Notes under the pieces: generated by a model
Databases searched by the model: none
What the model was told of the DNA's origin: nothing
The model's input: the letters and a program-made list of their open reading frames with translations, nothing else
From: Acidimicrobiia bacterium
Lineage (GTDB): Bacteria > Actinomycetota > Acidimicrobiia > Spongiisociales > UBA5794
Assembly: GCA_030065575.1 (NCBI GenBank)
Contig: JASJDZ010000024.1
Span: forward strand, 1,717 to 65,716
Reading direction: 5' to 3'
Length of the DNA stretch: 64,000 nt
Shown here: in pieces, positions 1 through 9,669 of the stretch
Numbering within the stretch: the stretch's first letter is position 1
Layout of the letters: each line of letters opens with the position of its first letter
Translations under genes and position numbers: made by a program

Positions 1-1
1 A

Positions 2-202
2 ATGCTGCTGCGCGCCGAGCAAGAGGGTCGGGCCGACGACACCGAGGAAGGCATATCGCGCCGGCTCGCCATCTACTGGGAAGAGACAGCACCGCTGTCG
101 GATTACTACCGCGAGACGGGCGGCAAGGTGTTCGAGGTCGACGGTTTGGGCGGTATCGACGAGGTCTTCGGCAGGGTCGCCCTAGCGCTGGCAGTCGACT
201 GA
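2..202 (+). CDS. adk: adenylate kinase, C-terminal fragment (5' end outside window)
   Basis: C-terminal sequence typical of Adk (RRLAIYWEETAPLSDYYR...); lies directly upstream of map as in the conserved adk-map cluster. Confidence 0.8.
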   Translation: MLLRAEQEGRADDTEEGISRRLAIYWEETAPLSDYYRETGGKVFEVDGLGGIDEVFGRVALALAVD

Positions 203-978
203 TGACCGGACGCTTCATGACGATCAAGTCGGCCGCCGACTTCGAGAAGATGAAAGTCGCCGGCGCAGTGGTGGCTTCGGTACACGCTGCCATCCGTGAG
301 GCTGCAGTCCCCGGCGTCACCACACTGGAGCTCGACACCATCGCTCATGAAGTGATTCGAAAGGCCGATTGCCGTCCTTCATTCCTCGGCTACCACGGAT
401 TCCCGGCATCTATCTGCGCGTCGCCCAATGAAGTGATCGTCCACGGCATCCCCGACCGATCCAAGCTGCGGGACGGAGACATTCTCTCCATCGACGTCGG
501 AGCGATCTACGAGGGCTGGCACGGCGATGCCGCATTCACGATGGCTATCGGTGACGTAACACCGGAAGCCCAACAGCTCATCGAAGTCACCGAGCAAGGG
601 CTCTGGGCGGGCATTGCCGCAGCCCGTCCCGGCAACCGGCTCGGTGACGTCGGTGCCGCTATCTCCGCAGTGGCCGCGCCGTATGGTTACGGCGTGGTCC
701 GCGAATACATCGGGCACGGTATCGGAAGGCAGATGCACGAGGCTCCCGATGTTCCCAACTACGGCAAGAAGGGCCGCGGGCTGAAGCTCAAGGCCGGCAT
801 GGCTATTGCGATCGAGCCGATGTTCAATATCGGTACGGCAGAGACGAGCGTCCAGGACGACGGCTGGACCGTCGTGACCCAGGATGGGAAGCTCTCTGCC
901 CACTGGGAGCACACTGTGCTCATAACCAAAGAGGGCCCTGTCGTATCAACGCTTCCTGAGCCAAAGCTGGTTTCCTGA
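202..978 (+). CDS. map: type I methionine aminopeptidase
   Basis: 258 aa; pita-bread fold motifs (VIVHGIP, DILSIDVG, GHGIGRQMHE, IEPM, HWEHTV); position after adk. Confidence 0.95.
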   Translation: MTGRFMTIKSAADFEKMKVAGAVVASVHAAIREAAVPGVTTLELDTIAHEVIRKADCRPSFLGYHGFPASICASPNEVIVHGIPDRSKLRDGDILSIDVGAIYEGWHGDAAFTMAIGDVTPEAQQLIEVTEQGLWAGIAAARPGNRLGDVGAAISAVAAPYGYGVVREYIGHGIGRQMHEAPDVPNYGKKGRGLKLKAGMAIAIEPMFNIGTAETSVQDDGWTVVTQDGKLSAHWEHTVLITKEGPVVSTLPEPKLVS

Positions 979-1022
979 CGCGGTCCTCATGGCGCCGGTG
1001 ACGGCGTGGATCTAGCGGAGCT

Positions 1023-1868
1023 TCAGCTCAGCGACTGGGCCAGCTTCGCCCCGTCGACTTGCGCTGTCTCGAGCAACTCGGTGGCGCTCTCGGGATCGAG
1101 CCCGAATGTCGTAGAGAGCAATGTGGCCGCACCGTCGATGACCTCGGCTTGCGGCAGGGGAGCGCTCAGGCAGGCCACCGCCCTCACTACCGGGTATTCA
1201 ACCGTCACCTCTGGCGGCTCACCGCTCTCGGTAACCGCGTCTCGCAGCTTCTGGGGAAATCCCCATTCGTCAAACAGCCATCCGGCAACCTCGTAGTGCG
1301 TCCAGCCGAACGTGTCCCTCTCCAACTCGATCAGATCCCCGCCTCCGCCTTGCCAATCGGCAAGCACTGCTCTGTAGCGAGGATGGCCGGAGACCAGAAG
1401 CGGCACGGCAATGTCCTGGAGGAGGGCGGCGGAGAAGTTCTCGCTGCTACGGGCTCGATCAAACCGGCGGGATAGAGTTCCTGCGGCCGAGGCCTTCCAG
1501 GCGGCGATTTGCCAGAAGCCGCCTAGGTCGAATCCGGGTGTCGTTACCTGGCTGGTTGCCCGGCTGGCGGCGAGGGAGATCAGCATCGACTCGAGGTGAT
1601 TCTTCCCGAACATGGTCACAGCCTGGGCCACGCCGACGATCGGGTTGCGGGGCGCGTACGCAGCTGAGTTGACCACGGAGAGAATCCGCGCCGATAGGCC
1701 GGGGTCACGACTCACGGTCTCGGCGACCTGGCGCATGTCGCATTCCGGTGCGGAAACCTGCTCGATCGCCATCGTGACGACGCCGGGAATCGTCGGTAGT
1801 TCCATGCCGCCAAGCACGCGCCTCAGGTCGGACCCGGCGTCCTTAGTGCGGGACTTCTTCCTCAGCAT
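1023..1868 (-). CDS. HDOD domain-containing signalling protein
   Basis: 281 aa; N-terminal LPTIPGVV...VSRDPGLSARILSVVNSAAY...G...AV..G pattern typical of HDOD domains. Confidence 0.7.
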   Translation of the reverse strand: MLRKKSRTKDAGSDLRRVLGGMELPTIPGVVTMAIEQVSAPECDMRQVAETVSRDPGLSARILSVVNSAAYAPRNPIVGVAQAVTMFGKNHLESMLISLAASRATSQVTTPGFDLGGFWQIAAWKASAAGTLSRRFDRARSSENFSAALLQDIAVPLLVSGHPRYRAVLADWQGGGGDLIELERDTFGWTHYEVAGWLFDEWGFPQKLRDAVTESGEPPEVTVEYPVVRAVACLSAPLPQAEVIDGAATLLSTTFGLDPESATELLETAQVDGAKLAQSLS

Positions 1869-1878
1869 GTGGCGCTCG

Positions 1879-2907
1879 TCATTCTGCCCTTCTTCCCATC
1901 TTGGTGGCGAAGATGCTCAGGACTCCACCGAGCATCACGTAGCCAATCACTACCTGTGTCATCGCCACAATCTGCCCCGAGGTTGAGGCGGGAAGTACAT
2001 CGCCGTAGCCGAGCGTGGTCATGGTGACAACGCTGTAGTACAGCGGGGACAGACTGGTTTCGTAGGCCCCGTAGTCGATGTCGACGAAGCCGTACAGGAA
2101 GGCAAATAGCACTGCGATGGCTCCGGTCCACAGCACCCACCGGCCGAAACTGCGCCCGCAGTCTGACGTGAGCCACCACAGCCTGTAGACATAAGAGTTC
2201 AGCTTGTTCTTGTGACGGAACTCGTAGAGGTAGTTCTGATCCATGATGGCTCGGCGCACGATATAGGCGCCGGCAAAGTCGGCATCGAGGATGTCGACGC
2301 CGATCCAATCGGCCGTGCTGTACCCGGTGACGGCTTTCACCCGGGAACGGGTGATGTCGGTGTCGCGGAAGATCGCTCCGTCGACGTCGGCCTTGGTGAG
2401 GTCGACACCCGACATGTTGGCCCGTGACATATCGGTGTGCACCAAGGTTGCCTCCCGGAATCGCGCCCCTTTGAGGTTGGCCGTCCGGAGGTCGGCTCCG
2501 GTCAGGTCGGCGTGGGAGAAGGTTGCGTCGTCGAGTTGGCCATTGAACAGGATGGCGTCGGTGAGGTTTGCTCGCCCCATCATGGCGCTGAACCCGTTGA
2601 TATTGGTCAGGTCAGCTCCGGTTAGGTCTGCCCCCAGGAGTTGAGCCTCGTCGATGGTGGCGTCAACCAGGATTGCGTCGCGCAGGCAGGTACCGATCAG
2701 GCGCGCCTGGCTGAGGTTGGCCCCGGACAGATCAGCGCCGGTGAGATCCTTGCCCGACAGGTCGGCACCGGCCAGATTGGCGCCTCCGAGGTAGGCACCG
2801 ACCAGGTCGCCGTCGATGTCGATGTCGGGGTGTTCGGGCGGAAACTCGGGCGCGTCAGACTCCGGATCCGGAGGACCATCCAGCGAATTCAACTGGGACA
2901 AGCTCAT
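1879..2907 (-). CDS. pentapeptide-repeat domain fused to a 2-TM K+ channel pore
   Basis: 342 aa; about 200 aa of A(D/N)LxG-type pentapeptide repeats, then TM-pore-TM with the canonical selectivity filter TTLGYGD; stop lies 11 nt upstream of the HDOD gene start. Confidence 0.8.
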   Translation of the reverse strand: MSLSQLNSLDGPPDPESDAPEFPPEHPDIDIDGDLVGAYLGGANLAGADLSGKDLTGADLSGANLSQARLIGTCLRDAILVDATIDEAQLLGADLTGADLTNINGFSAMMGRANLTDAILFNGQLDDATFSHADLTGADLRTANLKGARFREATLVHTDMSRANMSGVDLTKADVDGAIFRDTDITRSRVKAVTGYSTADWIGVDILDADFAGAYIVRRAIMDQNYLYEFRHKNKLNSYVYRLWWLTSDCGRSFGRWVLWTGAIAVLFAFLYGFVDIDYGAYETSLSPLYYSVVTMTTLGYGDVLPASTSGQIVAMTQVVIGYVMLGGVLSIFATKMGRRAE

Positions 2908-3039
2908 GCTGCGCGATTCCTGCTTGGTACGCCGCTCCTGTCGGCCAAAACACCGGCAAATTCAGGCGTCGTGGGGGACGGATATGTCGCATCTCATCCT
3001 GTGTTCGCCCTCAGCGGTTTGAGCTGATCCGGGTGACCC

Positions 3040-3068
3040 TTGAATACGGGCCGGAGACCCTTTACATT
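3040..3068 (+). promoter_or_regulatory. candidate sigma-70-type promoter for infA (TTGAAT-N17-TACATT)
   Basis: TTGAAT at 3040-3045 and TACATT at 3063-3068 with a 17-nt spacer, about 115 nt upstream of infA. Confidence 0.35.
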
Positions 3069-3181
3069 GTGTCTACGGCAACTCGCCTTGAGTCGCACGT
3101 GGTTCTTCGCGTGCGATTTGCTCACGTCCACAGGAGTTTCTATAGTTGTCGTCCGGCCCAAGTCCGGGCCGGTAATTTCTT

Positions 3182-3403
3182 GTGGCTAAAAAAGACGACG
3201 TAATCGAGGTAATTGGCACCGTCGTCGAGCCTCTTCCGAACGCAATGTTCAGGGTGAAGCTCGACAACGGTCACGAAGTGCTGTGCCATATCTCGGGAAA
3301 GATGCGGATGCACTACATCCGAATCCTCCCCGGGGACAAGGTACGCATCGAGATGTCGCCATACGACCTCGAGCGCGGCAGGATCATTTACAGGTACCGA
3401 TGA
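3182..3403 (+). CDS. infA: translation initiation factor IF-1
   Basis: 73 aa, GTG start; [56 protein letters not shown] is near-consensus IF-1. Confidence 0.97.
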   Translation: MAKKDDVIEVIGTVVEPLPNAMFRVKLDNGHEVLCHISGKMRMHYIRILPGDKVRIEMSPYDLERGRIIYRYR

Positions 3404-3513
3404 AAGTCAAAGCATCCGTCAAAAAAAGGTGTGAGAAGTGCCAGGTCATCCGCCGGCACAGGCGCGTGTTGGTGATTTGCTCCAACCCGCGTTGCAAGCA
3501 GCGTCAGGGGTAA
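3400..3513 (+). CDS. rpmJ: 50S ribosomal protein L36
   Basis: 37 aa [37 protein letters not shown]; ATGA overlap with the infA stop. Confidence 0.95.
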   Translation: MKVKASVKKRCEKCQVIRRHRRVLVICSNPRCKQRQG

Positions 3514-3517
3514 TTGA

Positions 3518-3895
3518 GTGGCTCGCATAGCAGGAACCGACCTTCCCAGAGACAAACGTGTTGAGATTGGCCTCACCTACATCTTTGGTGTCGGTCTCAC
3601 CACATCGCACATGATTCTCGATGATCTCAAGATCGATCGGGGTACAGCCGTGCGCGATCTCACCGACAGTGAAGTAGTCAAGATCCGCCAGTACATCGAT
3701 GCCAACCTGACCGTTGAGGGTGACCTCCGCCGCGAGGTCGCACAGAACATCAAGCGGAAGATCGAGATTGGCTCCTACCAGGGGTTCCGTCATCGTCGTG
3801 GTCTCCCGGTACGTGGGCAGCGCACCCACACCAATGCGCGCACTCGCAAAGGCAGGGCAGTTGCCATTGCGGGTAAGAAGAAGGTCACCAAGTAG
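3518..3895 (+). CDS. rpsM: 30S ribosomal protein S13
   Basis: 125 aa [25 protein letters not shown]...; conserved cluster position. Confidence 0.97.
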   Translation: MARIAGTDLPRDKRVEIGLTYIFGVGLTTSHMILDDLKIDRGTAVRDLTDSEVVKIRQYIDANLTVEGDLRREVAQNIKRKIEIGSYQGFRHRRGLPVRGQRTHTNARTRKGRAVAIAGKKKVTK

Positions 3896-3913
3896 GTCGC
3901 GGAGAGGTAGCAA

Positions 3914-4303
3914 GTGGCGAAGCCCCAGCAACGCAGCCGGCGCAAGGTCAAGAGGAATATCTCCCACGGCCAGGCGCACATCAAGGCGAGTTTTAACAAC
4001 ACAATCATCACGATCACCGATCAAGAGGGTCGGGTCCAGGCTTGGACCTCCGGCGGCTCGGTCGGGTTCAAAGGTTCGCGGAAGTCGACACCATATGCCG
4101 CGCAGGTCGCTGCCGAGCAGGCTGCCCGCAAGGCAGGCGAAATGGGCATGCGCAAGCTCGACGTCATCGTTGCCGGCTCCGGCTCCGGTCGTGAAACCGC
4201 CATTCGCACCCTGCAGAACATGGGCATCGAGGTCACAGGAATCAGGGACGTAACCCCGATTCCGCACAACGGTTGTCGCCCCAAGAAGCGGAAGGGTCGT
4301 TAG
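3914..4303 (+). CDS. rpsK: 30S ribosomal protein S11
   Basis: 129 aa; [18 protein letters not shown]...[11 protein letters not shown] motif. Confidence 0.97.
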   Translation: MAKPQQRSRRKVKRNISHGQAHIKASFNNTIITITDQEGRVQAWTSGGSVGFKGSRKSTPYAAQVAAEQAARKAGEMGMRKLDVIVAGSGSGRETAIRTLQNMGIEVTGIRDVTPIPHNGCRPKKRKGR

Positions 4304-4305
4304 CC

Positions 4306-4911
4306 ATGGCTCGTTACACCGGACCTCGTACCAAGGTCAGCCGGCGCGCCCGGCAGCTTCTCGATGACAACAAGGCCAAGTACTTCGACCGTCGTCCCTA
4401 CCCACCGGGTGATCACGGACGTGGCCGCATTCGCGAGTCGCAATACCTCATCCAGCTGCGTGAGAAGCAGAAGCTGCGCCACATCTACGGCGTACTCGAG
4501 AAGCAGTTCCGCCGGTACTACAAAGAGGCGAACCGTCGTTCCGGCATCACCGGTACAAATCTGCTTCAGATCCTCGAGTCCCGCCTCGACAACGTCGTCT
4601 ACCGGGCCGGTTTTGCGCGAACCCGCCCCCAGGCCCGCCAGCTGGTCAACCACGGCCATTTCCGCGTCAATGGCAAGAAGGTGGACATCCCCTCGTATCA
4701 GGTGCGGGTCGGAGATGTTGTCACAATCAAAGAGCGCAGCAAAGAGACGTTCGCCGTTCAGCACGCCATCGATACCATCGACCGCTCCGCTCCGGAGTGG
4801 CTGGATGTGAACGTCGATAAGCGTGAGGCCGCCGTCACGGTGATGCCAAGCCGCGAACAGATCGATACAGAGATCAAAGAACAGCTAATCGTCGAGCTCT
4901 ACTCGAAGTAG
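4306..4911 (+). CDS. rpsD: 30S ribosomal protein S4
   Basis: MARYTGPRTKVSRR... start at ATG 4306; the ORF-track start 4273 would overlap rpsK. Confidence 0.95.
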   Translation: MARYTGPRTKVSRRARQLLDDNKAKYFDRRPYPPGDHGRGRIRESQYLIQLREKQKLRHIYGVLEKQFRRYYKEANRRSGITGTNLLQILESRLDNVVYRAGFARTRPQARQLVNHGHFRVNGKKVDIPSYQVRVGDVVTIKERSKETFAVQHAIDTIDRSAPEWLDVNVDKREAAVTVMPSREQIDTEIKEQLIVELYSK

Positions 4912-4938
4912 GCCCAAGCAGAGTCGGAGGAGCAGAGC

Positions 4939-5889
4939 GTGCTCATCGTCCAGCGTCCCCATATTGAAGAAGAGCAGGTCTCAGACAACCGATCACGGTT
5001 CGTCGTTGAGCCGCTCGAGCCCGGATTTGGTCACACGCTGGGGAATACCCTGCGTCGGGCTCTACTGGCTCGCATCCCCGGTGCCGCCGTCACCTCAGTG
5101 CGAATCGAGGGTGTCCACCATGAGTTCTCCACCATCGAAGGTGTTGTCGAGGACGTCGTTGATTTCATCCTGAATCTGAAGCGGGTGGTTCTCCGGATCG
5201 AGGCTGAGGGATCGCAGACGCTATACCTTTCGGCCAAGGGCGCCGGCGAGGTAACCGCAGGAGATCTGAAGGTTCCTGCCGGTGTTGAGATCGTGAACCC
5301 CGACCTTCACCTGGCCACACTTTCGGCCTCCGGTCAGCTCGAGGTCGAGCTCACCGCCGAGCGAGGTGTCGGCTATCGCAGTGCCGAGCGCAACTCTAAG
5401 AGCGACACCATCGGCGTAATCCCCATCGACTCCATCTTCTCCCCGGTGCGCAAGGTCGCCTTCCGGGTCGATGACACCCAGGTCGGGATGGTCACCAACT
5501 TCGACAAGCTAGTGATCGACGTCGAGACCGATGCTTCCCTCTCCCCGAGCGAAGCAGTGTCGTCAGCAGGCAAGACCCTTCGTGAGCTGCTCGGTTTGTT
5601 TGCCGACATGGACGAGGGTGAGGGCCTCGAGCTGGGCGACATCGTCACCGCCGAGTCCACCTCACCGGACCTCGACCTGCCGATTGAGGCGCTCGATCTC
5701 TCCGAGCGTCCCCGCAACTGCTTGCGTCGTGCCCAGATCCAGACGGTGGGTGAGTTGGTCGAGAAGACCGAGGAAGAACTGCTCAACATCACCAACTTCG
5801 GTCAGAAGAGCCTCGAAGAGGTCACCGCCAAGCTCGATGAGCTCGGTCTCTCGCTGACCCACGCCGGTGAGATTGTGGAGGGGGTCTGA
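4939..5889 (+). CDS. rpoA: DNA-directed RNA polymerase alpha subunit
   Basis: 316 aa; N-terminal [21 protein letters not shown] and C-terminal alpha-[23 protein letters not shown]. Confidence 0.97.
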   Translation: MLIVQRPHIEEEQVSDNRSRFVVEPLEPGFGHTLGNTLRRALLARIPGAAVTSVRIEGVHHEFSTIEGVVEDVVDFILNLKRVVLRIEAEGSQTLYLSAKGAGEVTAGDLKVPAGVEIVNPDLHLATLSASGQLEVELTAERGVGYRSAERNSKSDTIGVIPIDSIFSPVRKVAFRVDDTQVGMVTNFDKLVIDVETDASLSPSEAVSSAGKTLRELLGLFADMDEGEGLELGDIVTAESTSPDLDLPIEALDLSERPRNCLRRAQIQTVGELVEKTEEELLNITNFGQKSLEEVTAKLDELGLSLTHAGEIVEGV

Positions 5890-6239
5890 TGCCGAAGCCA
5901 AAGAAAGGGCCCCGTCTCGGCGGAAGCCCCTCTCATCAGCGCAAGATCCTGGCCAACCTGGCCGCATCTCTCATTGAGGAGGAGCGGATCACAACCACGC
6001 AGGCTCGGGCCAAGATGCTCCGCCCGTATGTCGAGAAGATGGTTACCAAGGCCCGCCGTGGTGACCTCCATTCCCGCCGTCTCGTGCTGCGCAAGATCCA
6101 GAACAACGATGTCGTAACCAAGCTGTTCGACGATGTTGGCCCTCGCTACGAGGATCGCCAGGGTGGCTACACCCGTATCGTCAAGCTCGGTCCGCGGCGC
6201 GGTGATGGCACCGAGATGGCCATCATCGAGTTCGTCTAA
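5889..6239 (+). CDS. rplQ: 50S ribosomal protein L17
   Basis: 116 aa; [34 protein letters not shown]; follows rpoA. Confidence 0.95.
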   Translation: MPKPKKGPRLGGSPSHQRKILANLAASLIEEERITTTQARAKMLRPYVEKMVTKARRGDLHSRRLVLRKIQNNDVVTKLFDDVGPRYEDRQGGYTRIVKLGPRRGDGTEMAIIEFV

Positions 6240-6253
6240 CTGATCATCAGTCT

Positions 6254-6282
6254 CTCACCGCACTGTGAGACAGTGCGGTGAG
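6254..6282 (+). terminator. perfect 12-bp hairpin after rplQ (no U-tract); 3' arm contains the GTG start of the next gene
   Basis: CTCACCGCACTG-tgaga-CAGTGCGGTGAG read directly from the sequence. Confidence 0.45.
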
Positions 6283-6811
6283 TCGCGTCCGGGACCTGCT
6301 CAACCTGCTCGAGGCGTACGAGCCAACCTCCGGTGAAGCCGAAGCGATGGCTGAGATTCTCGATCTGCTTTTCGATGAGGGGGATGCGCTGTCGGCGGAT
6401 TCTTTTGTGCCGGGCCACATCACCGCAAGCGCGTTCGTCGTTGACTCCAGCCGATCGAAGCTGTTGTTGATCCACCACGGGAAGCTCGACACGTGGTTGC
6501 AGCCCGGGGGTCACGTCGACCCGGGAGAGGATGTGATGGCTGCGGCTCTTCGCGAGGTCGAAGAAGAAACCGGTGTGACGGGTGCCGTGGTTTCCGACGG
6601 CATCTTCGACATCGACGTGCATCCCATTCCTGCGCGGGGCGGCCGTCCTGCCCACACCCACTTCGACATTCGGTTTCTCGTTGAGGCGCGGTCGACGGAG
6701 CTGCGCAAGAGCGATGAGGTGCGTGATCTCCGCTGGGTACCTCTGGCCGACGTGCCTGACCTGGTGACCGATCAATCCGTATTGCGTGCGCTGGGCAAAC
6801 TCACGATTTGA
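6278..6811 (+). CDS. NUDIX hydrolase
   Basis: 177 aa; Nudix box GGHVDPGEDVMAAALREVEEETGV. Confidence 0.8.
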   Translation: MSRVRDLLNLLEAYEPTSGEAEAMAEILDLLFDEGDALSADSFVPGHITASAFVVDSSRSKLLLIHHGKLDTWLQPGGHVDPGEDVMAAALREVEEETGVTGAVVSDGIFDIDVHPIPARGGRPAHTHFDIRFLVEARSTELRKSDEVRDLRWVPLADVPDLVTDQSVLRALGKLTI

Positions 6812-6875
6812 CCGTCATGCAACGAGTAGTAGAGGGGGTCGGGCGGGTAAGCTCGTCCGGGCCTAGAAAACGGAA

Positions 6876-7415
6876 GTGATGATGGGCGAGATCTTCAAGA
6901 GATTCCTGCAGACGCTGCGACTGGAACGCGACGCCTTCGTATGGATGGACTTCAACGACCGCGCCACGGGTGATGCGCTCATCCTCGTCGCGATCACGGG
7001 GCTGTTGAAGTTCGCCGGCTTCTTTGGTGGGCTTCGCTCGCTCTTCAACGTCGGCGCATGGGCTGCGTTGCTGGAGTTCGCTCTCTCTGCGCTGATTGTC
7101 TGGTTACTCTACTCCGGCATAGCCTGGGCTCTGGTGCGGTATGTGGTGCAAGCCGGCGGGGAGTACGCCACCTATTTGCGATTCACGGGTTTCGCCTATC
7201 CGACAACTCTGCTCGCTCTTGCCGCGGCCTATGTACTGAACCGAACCGGCATCATCACCTTCGTCCTCGGATTCGCCTGGTTCGTCTTCATCATCGCCCG
7301 CGGTATCGAGTACGAGAGCGACCTGCCGCGTGACCGCGCCCTGCTCGTAGCCGTTGGCGCCCTGGCCGGCCTGATCGTCGTCAACGCCATATTCCGGTTC
7401 TCGCCGATCGTCTGA
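6876..7415 (+). CDS. Yip1-family integral membrane protein
   Basis: 179 aa, about 5 predicted TM segments; N-terminal region resembles bacterial YIP1-domain proteins. Confidence 0.55.
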   Translation: MMMGEIFKRFLQTLRLERDAFVWMDFNDRATGDALILVAITGLLKFAGFFGGLRSLFNVGAWAALLEFALSALIVWLLYSGIAWALVRYVVQAGGEYATYLRFTGFAYPTTLLALAAAYVLNRTGIITFVLGFAWFVFIIARGIEYESDLPRDRALLVAVGALAGLIVVNAIFRFSPIV

Positions 7416-7442
7416 CGCTTCGATCCTGTACTCTCACTCTCC

Positions 7443-8819
7443 GTGAGCGGACCAGTGCTGAAGAACGACCGAAGGACCATCTTCGGTTGGACCATGTACG
7501 ACTGGGCCAACTCGGCCTACTCGACGACGATTGCCGGAGCCATTCTCCCGGCCTATTTCACGGGAACGGTGGTCCCGGACGCCGGGTACGAGATCTTCGG
7601 GCGGACCGTCGACGGCCAGACCCTGTGGGCCGCCGTGGTGGGCTTCGGAGCCTTTCTGCTGTTCCTGATCATGCCGGTGCTGGGCGCCATCGCCGACTTC
7701 TCAGCCTCCAAGAAGCGCTTCCTCGTCGTCTTCGCCTACGGCGGCGCCGTGTTTTCCTCGGTGCTCTTCTTCATGACCGAGGGCGATGTGATGCTCACTC
7801 TGGGCATCTTCCTGCTCGCCCAGGTCGGCTTCGTTGCCGCCAATGTGTTCTACGACGGATTCCTGCCTGATATCACCACTCCAGATACGATCGATCGGGT
7901 CTCGGCTCGTGGATTCGCCCTCGGCTACTTCGGGGGCGGCCTCCAGTTGCTCCTCGGCTTCCTACTCATTTCCTTCCACGAAGCGGTGGGTATAAGCGAA
8001 GCCATGGCCGCCCGCATCGCGATCTTCTCGGCCGGCGTCTGGTGGGCCTTCTTCTCCTGGTACTCCTTCCGGTACTTCCGCGAAACCGGGACGGCTCAGG
8101 AGCTTCCCGAGCGCTATGCCGGCCGTCCGCGCACACTCGCCTACGTCCAACTCGGCTACGGGCGCACCCTGGCGACGGCGCGGAAGCTGATCAAGTTCAA
8201 GCACCTCCTCTGGTTCCTCATTGCCTACATGCTGTACAACGATGGCGTGCAGACGACGATCAACATGTCGTCTGCGTATGCCGACGACACGCTCGGATTG
8301 GAGACCGCAACCATCGGACTGGCATTCCTCATCGTGCAGTTCATCGCGGTTGGCGGCGCGCTCTTCTTCGGGAGGCTGGCCGATCGCTACGGAACCAAGG
8401 AGGCCATCCTCGTCTCGCTGGTGATCTGGTCGATAATCGCCGTGCTCGCCTACTTCCTTCCCGAAGGTCAGGCATTGCCCTTCTTCGGGGTTGCCGCACT
8501 CATCGGGCTGGTCCTGGGTGGTATCCAGGCGCTAAGCCGGAGCCTCTATGGCTCGATGATCCCTGAGGAGGCTTCAGCGGAGTTCTACGGCTTCTATTCG
8601 GTCTTCTCCAAGTTCTCTGCCATGTGGGGCCCGCTGCTGTTTGCGTTGATCAGCGGCGCTACGGGATCGGGGAGGCCGGCCATCCTCGCCATCATCATCT
8701 TCTTTGTCGCCGGCTTCCTCGTTCTGTTGCGGGTCGATATCGAGGCTGCCCGCCGGTCTAAAGACCGCTGGGTATTCACCGGCGCCGAGGCCGGCGTTGT
8801 CGACGGCGATCTCGGATGA
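7443..8819 (+). CDS. MFS transporter, UMF1 (Atg22-like) family
   Basis: 458 aa; N-terminal IFGW.MYDWANSAYSTTI signature of the UMF1 family; about 12 TM segments. Confidence 0.8.
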   Translation: MSGPVLKNDRRTIFGWTMYDWANSAYSTTIAGAILPAYFTGTVVPDAGYEIFGRTVDGQTLWAAVVGFGAFLLFLIMPVLGAIADFSASKKRFLVVFAYGGAVFSSVLFFMTEGDVMLTLGIFLLAQVGFVAANVFYDGFLPDITTPDTIDRVSARGFALGYFGGGLQLLLGFLLISFHEAVGISEAMAARIAIFSAGVWWAFFSWYSFRYFRETGTAQELPERYAGRPRTLAYVQLGYGRTLATARKLIKFKHLLWFLIAYMLYNDGVQTTINMSSAYADDTLGLETATIGLAFLIVQFIAVGGALFFGRLADRYGTKEAILVSLVIWSIIAVLAYFLPEGQALPFFGVAALIGLVLGGIQALSRSLYGSMIPEEASAEFYGFYSVFSKFSAMWGPLLFALISGATGSGRPAILAIIIFFVAGFLVLLRVDIEAARRSKDRWVFTGAEAGVVDGDLG

Positions 8820-9547
8820 TCACGTACCGACTGGACTTCGCATACGACGGCACCGGATTCCACGGTTATGCCCGTCAACCTCAGGTTCGAACGGTTCAGG
8901 GCGAGCTGGAAGACGCCCTGTTCAAGCTCACCGGGGAGCTGGAGACGGCGGTGGCGGGTCGCACCGACAAGGGGGTACACGCCACGGCCCAGGTGCTCTC
9001 CTTTGCAATCGACGAGGAGCTCGACTGCGGCCGGGTCGTGCGCTCCCTGAATCGGCAACTTGCGCCGGAAATCGCCGTCTCATCGCTGGTAACCGCCCCC
9101 AAAGGGTTCAACGCCCGGTTCTCCGCCATAGGGCGGGAGTACAGCTATCTGATCCTCAATCGCAGCACCCCAAACCCGTTCCTGGCCAGTACTTCCTGGC
9201 ACTACGAGACACCGCTAGATGTCGGGTCGATGAATCGCGGCCTGCAGCATCTGATTGGTGAGCACGACTTCGCGGCTTTCTGTCGCAAGGCGAACAGTCG
9301 AAGCACTGTTCGTCGCCTCGACTCCGCCGAGTGGAGCGCGCGGGCCGACGGAATCCTGGATCTGGCGGTTGCCGCAAGCTCGTTCTGTCATCAAATGGTG
9401 CGCTCGCTGGTTGCTCTTTCCGTTGAGATTGGTCGGGGCCGGGTCGATCCGGATCTAGTCCCCGGAATCCTTGCGTCGCGCGATCGGCAACGGGCAAAAG
9501 GAGCGGCCCCTCCCCACGGTCTCACGCTGGTTGGGGTCCGCTACTAG
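8816..9547 (+). CDS. truA: tRNA pseudouridine(38-40) synthase
   Basis: 243 aa; YDGT.FHGYA.Q....TVQGELE.AL...AGRTDKGVHA..QV motif; ATGA overlap with the upstream gene. Confidence 0.92.
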   Translation: MITYRLDFAYDGTGFHGYARQPQVRTVQGELEDALFKLTGELETAVAGRTDKGVHATAQVLSFAIDEELDCGRVVRSLNRQLAPEIAVSSLVTAPKGFNARFSAIGREYSYLILNRSTPNPFLASTSWHYETPLDVGSMNRGLQHLIGEHDFAAFCRKANSRSTVRRLDSAEWSARADGILDLAVAASSFCHQMVRSLVALSVEIGRGRVDPDLVPGILASRDRQRAKGAAPPHGLTLVGVRY

Positions 9548-9669
9548 CCCGGATGCCCTGGGGCGTGGCGCCGGGTTGGCGCGCGAGGCCCGGATGCCTT
9601 AAGATGCGCAAGCTCCCGTTCCCCACGGGGGCTCCTCCGTGCGCTTTTTCTTGTTTGAGGACTGTCTAA

